From: Thermoplasmata archaeon
GTDB taxonomy: Archaea; Thermoplasmatota; Thermoplasmata; Lutacidiplasmatales; UBA184
Length of the DNA stretch: 46,072 nt
Direction of reading: 5' to 3'
Assembly (NCBI GenBank): GCA_030040775.1
Contig: JASHTB010000122.1
Span: 1-46,072 of the forward strand
A program made the position numbers and the translations under genes. The notes beneath the pieces were generated by a model. It was not told the DNA's origin and made no database searches. It saw only the letters and a list, made by a program, of their open reading frames with translations. The number at the start of each line of letters is the position of its first letter. Positions within the stretch are counted from its first letter, which is position 1. Of the stretch, positions 15,940-23,384 are shown piece after piece.

Positions 15940-16445
15940 GGTCCCCGCTGGGGGGAGTCGTCCTCCTCCTCGTGGGACTCTTCCTCGCCGGATGGGGCGC
16001 TCGTGCCCTCTCCGACCGCCGCCGGGACGGTCGGCTCGGGAAGCTCGTCGCGGTCGATGCCGGGTCCCCCGTCCTCCTGCGGTCGGACCGTTACCGCCTC
16101 CAGGGCCGTCCGGACGTCCTGCGCCGAACCTCCGACGGGACCGTGGTCCCGGTGGAGGTCAAGAGCCGCCGAAGCCCGCGGGGTGGGCCGAGCTATTCCC
16201 ACCTCGTCCAGGTGTGGGCGTACTGTCTGCTCGTCGAGGAAACGACCGGGCGCACCCCGCCGTTCGGCATCCTTCGCTACGCGGACGGAGAGTTCCGGGT
16301 CCGGTGGGACGACCCGGCCCGCAAGGAGCTCCTTGCGCTCCGCGAGGAGGTCGCCCGGCCGTACGACGGGCGCGCAAACCCGTCGCCCGAACGCTGTGCG
16401 CGGTGTCGGTGGGTCGAGGTCTGTGACGTCCGGGCCCGAGGCTAG
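15912..16445 (+). CDS. Cas4-like PD-(D/E)xK nuclease core with an N-terminal TM helix (177 aa)
   Basis: ATG 15912 overlaps the upstream ORF by 28 nt in the -1 frame. The TM helix is LLGSPLGGVVLLLVGLFLAGWGA. Nuclease motifs are GRPDVL...VVPVEVKS (D...E-x-K, EVK at 16155-16163), HLVQVWAYCLL (Q-x-x-x-Y) and C-terminal CARCRWVEVC (C-x2-C-x5-C, 16395-16424). Confidence 0.7.
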   Translation: MGPFVLSLLGSPLGGVVLLLVGLFLAGWGARALSDRRRDGRLGKLVAVDAGSPVLLRSDRYRLQGRPDVLRRTSDGTVVPVEVKSRRSPRGGPSYSHLVQVWAYCLLVEETTGRTPPFGILRYADGEFRVRWDDPARKELLALREEVARPYDGRANPSPERCARCRWVEVCDVRARG

Positions 16446-16453
16446 ACCCGGAA

Positions 16454-17257
16454 CTACCGAAGGCGGCTGAAGTACACGTCGGTACGGTACGCTAGCCGGA
16501 TCGTGCGGCGGCCCCGCGTGACGGGGTCGGTGGCGAGGAGCCGGCGCACCTTCTCCGAGACCGCCCGCCGCTCGGCGGCGGGAAGCACCGCGATCGTGCT
16601 CACCGAGAGGGTGCGCTCGACGAACATCGACGGGGTCCCCTCCTGGAAGTGACGGAAGGCTCGGTGCTCGAGCGGCCGGAATCCCGTCCCTTTCTCCGAA
16701 AACGCCCGGGCTAGCACGACGCGCCGGTACCGGCGTCCGGTCGCCTCGCGCCAGACGGGAGCTCCCCCGCGCTCGGCCGCGACGATCTCGGAGAGGCGTC
16801 GGGACCACCCGACCGACTCGTCGCGGGTGTTCCAGACGAGGCCGAGACCACCCCCGGGACGCAGCACGCGCCGGATCTCGCGCAGGGCCGGTCGGGGGCG
16901 GAACCAGTGGAACGCCTGAGCGCAGACGACCGCGTCCGCAAACCCCCTCGGGAGCGGGATCCGCTCGGCGGTCCCGTCGAGCACGGGCACGTCGGGGACC
17001 GTTCGCTCGAAGACGCGACGCATGCCGGCCATCGGCTCGACCGCGATGCGCGCCGCTCCGAGGGGCGCGAGCGCTCGCGTGAACTTCCCGGTCCCCGCGC
17101 CCAGGTCGACCACGGTCCGGCCCGGGCCGATTCTGAGCGCGCGACCGAGGCATCGGACGGCCTCGGCCGGATAGTCCGGGCGTCCTCGCTCGTACGTCTC
17201 CGCGGCCCGGTCAAATCCACGGGCGATCGGATGGGTCCGGGCCCGGCGCAAGGGCAT
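16454..17257 (-). CDS. Class I SAM-dependent methyltransferase
   Basis: VVDLGAGTGKFTRAL (motif I), AVVCAQAFHWF and LRPGGGLGLVW are present. Confidence 0.8.
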   Translation of the reverse strand: MPLRRARTHPIARGFDRAAETYERGRPDYPAEAVRCLGRALRIGPGRTVVDLGAGTGKFTRALAPLGAARIAVEPMAGMRRVFERTVPDVPVLDGTAERIPLPRGFADAVVCAQAFHWFRPRPALREIRRVLRPGGGLGLVWNTRDESVGWSRRLSEIVAAERGGAPVWREATGRRYRRVVLARAFSEKGTGFRPLEHRAFRHFQEGTPSMFVERTLSVSTIAVLPAAERRAVSEKVRRLLATDPVTRGRRTIRLAYRTDVYFSRLR

Positions 17258-17269
17258 GGCCGCTCGGGC

Positions 17270-17872
17270 CTACGCCTCCGGGAGCGGCGGGGAGCGGGGC
17301 GGCTCGGCCGGGGCCGACGCTAGCTCTTCGTGCGCCGAGCGGACCCCTACCGCGCGACCGAGGAGGAGGCCGACCGAGACGCCGAAGAGGAGGTCGATGA
17401 CGATCAGCACGAGGAGGAGGACGGTCGGGAGCGAGGTCGGCAGGAAGAACGAGGTCGTCGAGGCGAGGCCGAAGATGAACAGCTCGACGGTGAATCGCAC
17501 GACGAACAAGACGAGCGAGAGCACCGGCACGACCCACGGAAGCCGGTAGTACTCGCGCCCGTCCTCCCGACGCTCGAACCGAACGATCCGGCGCACGAAC
17601 GGAGTCGAGAGAACCGCGGCGGCGGCGACGACGGCGCCGTAGGGGAGCACCAGGGACTCGGCGTACATCCCCCACGCGGAGGTCGCGGCATAGATCGTGA
17701 TGAAGGCGAAGAGGACGAACAGGAGGACGTAGAGGCCTGAGTAGACGAAGAGCCGCGCGGCCGAGTACCGCATCCCCCGGACCATCCTGTACGTGCGGCG
17801 CGCAAGGAACAGGAAGACGATCGCGAGGACGACGAGCGTCGACTCGTCGCTCGGAGAGAGGGTCAGGGCCAT
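17270..17872 (-). CDS. Integral membrane protein of unknown function
   Basis: From ATG 17872 there are several hydrophobic helices (LVVLAIVFLFLA, LFVYSGLYVLLFVLFAFITIYA, VVPVLSLVLFVVRFTVELFIFG, TVLLLVLIVIDLLFGVSVGLLLG). The upstream part of the ORF is R/S/P-rich junk. Confidence 0.65.
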   Translation of the reverse strand: MALTLSPSDESTLVVLAIVFLFLARRTYRMVRGMRYSAARLFVYSGLYVLLFVLFAFITIYAATSAWGMYAESLVLPYGAVVAAAAVLSTPFVRRIVRFERREDGREYYRLPWVVPVLSLVLFVVRFTVELFIFGLASTTSFFLPTSLPTVLLLVLIVIDLLFGVSVGLLLGRAVGVRSAHEELASAPAEPPRSPPLPEA

Positions 17873-17898
17873 CGGGGTAGCGCGCGAAGCGGTCGGTC

Positions 17899-17908
17899 CT
17901 ACAAATGC
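17899..17908 (-). promoter_or_regulatory. TATA-like box for the membrane-protein gene
   Basis: The minus strand reads GCATTTGTAG, 27-36 nt upstream of ATG 17872. Confidence 0.4.
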
Positions 17909-17970
17909 TTCGACTCCGGGCGGAAACCAAGGGCACGGGTCCCGGACCGGTCGGTCGCCCGGTCGCGAAA

Positions 17971-17978
17971 CCTTTACC
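17971..17978 (+). promoter_or_regulatory. TATA-like box for ndk
   Basis: CCTTTACC is preceded by the purine-rich GCGAAA (BRE-like) and lies 25-32 nt upstream of ATG 18003. Confidence 0.45.
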
Positions 17979-18002
17979 CGCCAGCGCGGCTCGGCCGCCC
18001 CG

Positions 18003-18461
18003 ATGGTGGAAGGGAGCCTCGAACGCACGCTGTTCGTGGTGAAGCCGGACGGGGTGCGACGCGGGCTGGTCGGGGAGATCCTGGTCCGCCTGGAACGCAA
18101 GGGGCTCAAAATCCTCGCGATGAAGACGCTCCGGGTCGCTCCGGAGCTCGCCCAGCGGCACTACGCCGAGCACGAGGGCAAACCGTTCTACCCGGCGCTG
18201 ATGCAGCACATCACCTCCGGCCCCATCGTCGCGATGGTCCTCGAGGGGCGATCGGCGATCGCGGTCGCGCGACTTGTGATCGGGGCTACGAACCCCCAGC
18301 TCGCCGCGCCCGGCACGGTGCGCGGCGACCTCGCCTTGGGCCTCACGCCGAACCTCGTCCACGCCTCCGATTCCGCGGAGTCGGCCCAGCGGGAGATCGC
18401 CCTCTACTTCGAGCCGGAAGAGCTCCTCGAGTACTCGCGGGTCGGCGAGGAGTACTTCTAG
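18003..18461 (+). CDS. ndk: Nucleoside diphosphate kinase
   Basis: ERTLFVVKPDGVRRGLVGEI, GPIVAMVLEG, GTVRGD and NLVHASDS (active-site His) are present. Confidence 0.95.
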   Translation: MVEGSLERTLFVVKPDGVRRGLVGEILVRLERKGLKILAMKTLRVAPELAQRHYAEHEGKPFYPALMQHITSGPIVAMVLEGRSAIAVARLVIGATNPQLAAPGTVRGDLALGLTPNLVHASDSAESAQREIALYFEPEELLEYSRVGEEYF

Positions 18462-18465
18462 GCCG

Positions 18466-19035
18466 ATGGGCTCGACGGTCGACGACGCCGTCCGGGCGCT
18501 CGCGGCCGGTCGACTCGTCGTCTATCCGACCGACACCGTGCTCGGCCTGGGAGCCCGGGCCTCCGACCGCGCCGCGGTCGGCCGGCTCGAGCAGGCGAAG
18601 GGGCGGCCGAGCGGGCAGCCGATCTCGGTCGCCGTAAGCTCGCTAGCCGAGGTCGAGGCCTTCGCGGACGTTTCGGCGCGCGCCCGTCGCTTTCTTCGAA
18701 CCCACCTTCCGGGCCCGTACACCGTCCTCGTCCGCCCGTCTCCGCTCGCCCGAGCGCGGCTCGTCCCGCGCGTCTTCGCCTCGAGCGGGACCGTCGGGCT
18801 CAGGCTCCCCGACCACCCGGTCGCCCGCGAGCTCTCGCGCCGCGTCGGACCCCTGACGGCGACGAGCGCGAACTACCACGGCGCGCGCCCCTGCCGGACC
18901 GTCCCAGAGGCCCGCCGGGTCTTCGGCTCCCGGGTCGCTGTCTACCTCTCGGAAGGGTCGGCGGGCTCGGGCGTACCCTCGACCCTCGTCGACCTCGTCC
19001 GGGAAGAGCCGCACGCGATCCCTCGGAGAAGGTGA
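18466..19035 (+). CDS. tsaC: L-threonylcarbamoyladenylate synthase, short YrdC/TsaC type
   Basis: LVVYPTDTVLGLGARASD, KGRPSGQPISVAV and LTATSANYHG are present. At 189 aa it lacks a Sua5 C-domain. Confidence 0.85.
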   Translation: MGSTVDDAVRALAAGRLVVYPTDTVLGLGARASDRAAVGRLEQAKGRPSGQPISVAVSSLAEVEAFADVSARARRFLRTHLPGPYTVLVRPSPLARARLVPRVFASSGTVGLRLPDHPVARELSRRVGPLTATSANYHGARPCRTVPEARRVFGSRVAVYLSEGSAGSGVPSTLVDLVREEPHAIPRRR

Positions 19036-19934
19036 CCGTGGCACGCTACCCGGAGGACCTCGACCGATGGCGGCGCGCCGGACGGATCGCGGCGGAGGCG
19101 CGCGAGCTCGGCCTGCGCCGGGTCGTTCCGGGCGCCCGTCGGCGGGACGTCGCCGAGGCGATCGAGGCCCGCATCCGCGACGCGGGGGCCGAGCCGGCGT
19201 TCCCCGCGAACCTCTCTCGGAACAACGAGGCCGCCCACTACACCCCGTCGCCGGACGACGAGGCGGTCTTCGTCGAGGGGGACCTGGTCAAGGTCGACGT
19301 CGGGGCCCACCTGGACGGGGCGATCGCCGACACCGCCGACACGGTCGAGGTCGGGGGGTCGCGCCGGTGGGAGAACCTCGTCCGCGCGGCCCGGGAGGGT
19401 CTGCGCGAGGGGATCGCGCACGTTCGTCCGGGAGCCCCGGTCGACGAGGTCAGTCGCGCCGTCGCCTCCGCAATACGGGCTCGGGGGTTGAAACCGATCT
19501 CGGACCTCACGGGGCACTCGATCGAGCGCTACCTGCTCCACGCGGGCAAGGCGGTCCCGAACGTGCCGGGCGCGAGCGCCGCCACGTTCGAGGAAGGGGA
19601 GGTGGTCGCGATCGAGCCGTTCGCCACCAACGGCGAGGGACGGATCGCGAACGGGCCGTTCGGAAACATCGCGCGGTTCCGGCGCGACCCCGGCCCGAGC
19701 GACCCCGGGGTCGCCGAACTGTTCGCCCGGTTCCGAACGCTTCCGTTCGCCGTCCGCTGGGTGGCCCGGCCCGAGGAGCAAGCGGCGCTCCGCCGGGCGC
19801 GGCGGGTCCTGCAGACGTACCCGGTCTTCCTCGAGCGCGGCCACGGATTCGTCGCGCAGGCGGAGCACACGGTCCTCGTCGGGCCGTCCGGAGCGGAGGT
19901 TCTCTCCGCGCTCCCGGCGTCCGCCCTCGCCTAG
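19032..19934 (+). CDS. map: Methionine aminopeptidase, type 2 (archaeal)
   Basis: AFPANLSRNNEAAHYTP, DLVKVDVGAHLDGAIADTA, GHSIERYLLHAGK, IEPFATNG and AEHTVLV are present. The GTG start overlaps the tsaC stop (GTGA). Confidence 0.9.
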   Translation: MTVARYPEDLDRWRRAGRIAAEARELGLRRVVPGARRRDVAEAIEARIRDAGAEPAFPANLSRNNEAAHYTPSPDDEAVFVEGDLVKVDVGAHLDGAIADTADTVEVGGSRRWENLVRAAREGLREGIAHVRPGAPVDEVSRAVASAIRARGLKPISDLTGHSIERYLLHAGKAVPNVPGASAATFEEGEVVAIEPFATNGEGRIANGPFGNIARFRRDPGPSDPGVAELFARFRTLPFAVRWVARPEEQAALRRARRVLQTYPVFLERGHGFVAQAEHTVLVGPSGAEVLSALPASALA

Positions 19935-19935
19935 C

Positions 19936-21081
19936 CTAGCGTCGCGGGTTCTCCCGTTCGCTCCGCGCGATCGCGGCGCCCTTCACCATCGACTCGAGCT
20001 TCGCCCGGGCGACCGCGAGAGAGCGGGTGCGGAGCCCACAGTCCGGGTTCACCCAGATCCGGTGGGGGTCGCCGAGGTACTCGCTCGCTCGACCGATCCG
20101 GGAGGCGACGACCTCGGGGGACTCGACCTGGTCGCGGTGTACGTCGAGCACGCCGAGGCCGACCTCGCGCGTGTCGCCGTACTCGCGCAGCGCCTTCAGG
20201 ACCTCGTAGCCGTCGTGCCCGTCCGAGTCGCGGTTCGCGAACTCCCACGCCCACTGGCGACATCGCTTCGCCTCGAGAAGCTTCGGCAGGAGGTCCCGGT
20301 AGTTCGAGTAGCAGATGTGCATCGTGAACTCCGCATCGAGCCCTTCGGTGGCCGCGTTGAACCCCTCCACCACGAGGTCCGCCTCGTCCGGGTGCGTGCC
20401 CGCCGCCGGCTCGTCGACCTGGACCACCCGACAGCCGTGGTCGATCAGGGCCTGGATCGTCGGGCGGAGCGCGCGGCGGGCAAGGTCGACCACGAACTCT
20501 CGCTGGGCCGCCCGTCGCGCTCCCCGGCCCTTCCAGCCCTTCTGCCGGGAGAGGTAGTACTCGTTGTACGACCAGTCGGCGAGCGTGTACGGTCCCGTGA
20601 TCGGCAGCTTCGGCTCGGCCTTCGCGTGGTGACGCACGAAGTCGAACTCCTCGATGTGGTACGGCCTGTCGAGCCGGACCTCATCGACGACCGCCGCCTT
20701 GAGGTAGTACTTGTTGTCGAACGAGCGGACGTGGCCCTGGAAGCGGAAGCCGCGCATCTGGCGAATCGGGTACTCGTACATCTAGATCCGTCGGGCCTCG
20801 CCGTCGTAGACGCGGTCGAGGCCGAGGCTCTCGAAGAACCGGAGCGCGAACAGGGCGCCGAGGTCGCGCACCCGCTCCGGGTCGACCTCCCGCGGCCGGC
20901 CGCCGAGGAGGGCGTCCCGCGCTCCGGGAATCTCCGAGGCGAAGCGGGTCGCCTCGTCCCACTGGAGGAACTCCGCCTTGGCCGCGCTGTCCAGCGGTTC
21001 GTTCCGCTGGCCCAGGAGCTGCCAGCGCGGCTTCGCCAGGCTTCCGATCTCCTGCGTCGGGAACAGAGGATGCGTCGTCAC
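19936..21081 (-). pseudogene. metE: Cobalamin-independent methionine synthase catalytic-domain homologue (MetE C-domain type) interrupted by an in-frame TAG at 20782-20784
   Basis: The GTG at 21081 overlaps the upstream stop. The sequence runs ...LDRVYDGEARRI-TAG-MYEYPIRQMRGF..., then MHICYSNY and VNPDCGLRTRS (Zn-ligand His/Cys motifs). The two ORFs (21081-20785 and 20781-19936) share one frame. It could instead be a sequencing error or two separate polypeptides. Confidence 0.6.
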
Positions 21082-22049
21082 GAGCGTGCCTCCTCGCCGA
21101 GCGCCTGCCGGACCGCGGGCAGAACGTGCAGCTTGCGGGTCGCCGGCTCCCACGGCAGCAGGTCGAGCGGACCTCCCGGCCCGAGCCAGACGACCGAGGG
21201 CCGTCGCCGCTCGTAGGCGATCCGGACGACCCGGGCGACCTCGGCCGGGTCCTCGCCGAGCGTGGTGCGGGGGTCGACGACCCCGAGCCCTAGGCCGGTG
21301 CGCCTGGGGGCGGGGGGAAGCTGCTCGACCTCGGTGTCGGCGAGGTCGACGCCGACCGCTCCGACCGGCAGACGGTCGAGGAGCGGGAAGACGGGGTTCG
21401 CGTCGGCCCCGTACGTCCAGACGATCGACGTCCCTCCGTCCAGCGCGGCTTTGATCGCCTCGTAGCCGGCCGTGACGGCCGCGGCCCGCGGACCCTCGGG
21501 AGGGCGGACGACCAGGAGGGGCTCCGAGAAGACGAACGTTCGGTAGCCGGACCGGCGCAGGTCGCGGACCTCCTCCGCGAGCGTCCGGCCGAGGCGATGG
21601 ACCACGGCCTCGTCGGTCTCGCCCGAGCGGTTGTCGAGCACCCCGGCGAAGGTGTACGGCCCCGGGAGCAGGATGCGTCCGCTCTCCGGCTCGCCGCGGA
21701 GCGCCGGAGGAAGGCGGGAGGCGAACGCTCCGGGGGTGCGTCCCGGCGGAGCGAGCAGGATCGGTTGGCGGAAGAACGTGTTCGTCTCGAGCCAGCGGGT
21801 CAGGGGGCCGACCGAGAACCCTTCCCACGTCTCGGCGAACGGTCGGAAGAGGTCGGGCCAGCGCAGGTATCCGCCCGTGACCGAGTCGAAGCCGAGCCGG
21901 CGCTCGAGCGCCACGACGTCCCGCTCGGTCGCGGCGAACAGCTCCTCCACCGCTTCGCTCGTCGTGCGGCCCCGGTCGAGGTCGCGGGTCGCGCTCACGA
22001 GCGCCTCCGGACGGGGGCAGGGACCGGTGAGCCCGGTGCGCACGATCAT
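21078..22049 (-). CDS. MetE N-terminal-domain-like protein (non-catalytic partner of the split methionine synthase)
   Basis: This 323-aa protein looks collinear with the Meth_synt_1-type barrel (RWPDLFRPF, TNTFFRQP, LPGPYTF) and lacks the H-x-C / PDCG zinc motifs. It is translationally coupled to the downstream gene. Confidence 0.65.
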   Translation of the reverse strand: MIVRTGLTGPCPRPEALVSATRDLDRGRTTSEAVEELFAATERDVVALERRLGFDSVTGGYLRWPDLFRPFAETWEGFSVGPLTRWLETNTFFRQPILLAPPGRTPGAFASRLPPALRGEPESGRILLPGPYTFAGVLDNRSGETDEAVVHRLGRTLAEEVRDLRRSGYRTFVFSEPLLVVRPPEGPRAAAVTAGYEAIKAALDGGTSIVWTYGADANPVFPLLDRLPVGAVGVDLADTEVEQLPPAPRRTGLGLGVVDPRTTLGEDPAEVARVVRIAYERRRPSVVWLGPGGPLDLLPWEPATRKLHVLPAVRQALGEEARS

Positions 22050-22072
22050 CGCGCGAGCACCCCGGGACCGAC

Positions 22073-22080
22073 CCTTAAGG
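22073..22080 (-). promoter_or_regulatory. TATA-like box for the MetE-like pair
   Basis: The palindromic CCTTAAGG lies 24-31 nt upstream of ATG 22049. Confidence 0.45.
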
Positions 22081-22145
22081 CTGGCGACCCGGTGGCGTCG
22101 TGCGACGCGTGAAACCGCGTTGCGTCGGGGACAACCGGCGAGCCG

Positions 22146-23225
22146 TCACTCCTCGAGATTCGACCGGACGATCCGCTCGAAGTCGGCCGGCTGGGGCGGC
22201 CAACCCTCGCTCATGTAACGGACGAACGCCTCGCGCGACGGCTGGAGGAGCGCGTCGTTCGTCGCGCGCTCGAAGCCGAGGGTCGAGACGTACCGGTCGG
22301 GCAGGGCGTGTCTCGGTCCGAAGTGCGCGGGATAGACCTCGGTCTCGGCGGGAAGGCGCAGGAGCTTCTCCGTAAGGCTCTCCCAGAGGAGGTCGGGCGA
22401 CCCGTCCCCGAGGTCGGTACGTCCGCAGCTTCCGAGGAGGAGGGTGTCGCCGGTGAAGGCGCGGTCACCGACCAGGAGGGTGAGGTGGTCGCGGGTGTGG
22501 CCGGGGGTCTCGAGCACGCGGACCTCCTCGGAACCGAACCGGACCGCTTCGCCGTCCGTGAGGGTTCGGTGGGGGTACTGCGCCGGAGAGCGGTGCGAAA
22601 GGTAGATCGGTGCGCCGGTCGCCGCGTGCAGGCGGGCGTGGCCGGCGAGGTGGTCGGCGTGCGTGTGGGTCTCCACGATCGCGGCGAGGTGCCAGGACCC
22701 CTCCTCGAGCAGCGAGCGGTACGGGGCGTCGTCCCTACCGGGGTCGACGATCACCGCGGACCTCTCATCGAGGTCTCCGATGACGTAGGTGAGGCAACCC
22801 TCGGGCCGCGGTAGCTGGCAGAGGAAGAGCCGGCTTTTCGGGTCGTCGACGGGGTAGCGCGGCACGCTCGGGTCGGCGACGCGGGCGTACTCGTCGAGGC
22901 CACCCTCGAGCGCTGCGACCCCTTCGAAGCCCTGACGGGTTAGGTAGTCGGCTGCGGCGCGGGCCCGGTAGCCCAGGTGGTCGTAGACGATGACGGGCCG
23001 GTCGCGGGGGAACGAGGCCACCTCGGTCGGAAGCCGCTCGAGCGGAACGTGTCGGTCGTGCGGCAGGTGCACGATCGCCCGTTCGGTAGCGGACCGGACG
23101 TCCACGAGGTAGGGAGGGGGGTCGGAGGAGAGGAGGACGAAGAGCTCTCGGGGAGCGACGAGCGCGACGGCTCCGGCCCGGGGCGGTCGAACGAACGGGT
23201 GCGGGAGCGCCGAGTCGAGGGCCAT
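22146..23225 (-). CDS. Rhodanese-homology domain fused to an MBL-fold hydrolase (persulfide dioxygenase / glyoxalase II-like)
   Basis: The N-terminus has LVDVRSATERAIVHLPHDRHVPL...PVIVYDHLGYRARAAADYL, a rhodanese fold with Asp at the active-site Cys position. The C-terminus has ETHTHADHLAGH (H-x-H-x-D-H). ATG 23225 fits the TATA box. Confidence 0.8.
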   Translation of the reverse strand: MALDSALPHPFVRPPRAGAVALVAPRELFVLLSSDPPPYLVDVRSATERAIVHLPHDRHVPLERLPTEVASFPRDRPVIVYDHLGYRARAAADYLTRQGFEGVAALEGGLDEYARVADPSVPRYPVDDPKSRLFLCQLPRPEGCLTYVIGDLDERSAVIVDPGRDDAPYRSLLEEGSWHLAAIVETHTHADHLAGHARLHAATGAPIYLSHRSPAQYPHRTLTDGEAVRFGSEEVRVLETPGHTRDHLTLLVGDRAFTGDTLLLGSCGRTDLGDGSPDLLWESLTEKLLRLPAETEVYPAHFGPRHALPDRYVSTLGFERATNDALLQPSREAFVRYMSEGWPPQPADFERIVRSNLEE

Positions 23226-23253
23226 CCTCTCCTCCCTCGAACGTCGGCCCACC

Positions 23254-23261
23254 CTATTTAG
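23254..23261 (-). promoter_or_regulatory. TATA box for the rhodanese-MBL gene
   Basis: The minus strand reads CTAAATAG, 29-36 nt upstream of ATG 23225. Confidence 0.5.
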
Positions 23262-23350
23262 CCACGTCCTCAGACGCCGGTTCCGTACCCGGGTGGGACC
23301 GGAGTCCGAGGCCGACAGTTGCCGAACCCCCCGAACGTCTCCGCCAAAGC

Positions 23351-23358
23351 GTTAATAC
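23351..23358 (+). promoter_or_regulatory. TATA-like box for the malic enzyme gene
   Basis: GTTAATAC is preceded by CCAAAGC and lies 27-34 nt upstream of ATG 23385. Confidence 0.5.
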
Positions 23359-23384
23359 CCCATCGTCCGGTCGATACCGTGTCC

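Noticed and set aside
15667-16445. Interpreting the Cas4-like genes as evidence of a CRISPR-Cas locus.
   Set aside because: No repeat-spacer array and no other cas gene are present anywhere in the 46 kb. Stand-alone Cas4-like nucleases are common in archaea.
20782-20784. Reading the in-frame TAG of the MetE-like gene as pyrrolysine or a reassigned sense codon.
   Set aside because: TAG is the ordinary stop of many essential genes in this window (L7Ae, S28e, L24e, NDK, purC, hutH and others). No pyl genes are visible, and MetE is not a known Pyl protein. It is kept only as a formal possibility in the finding.
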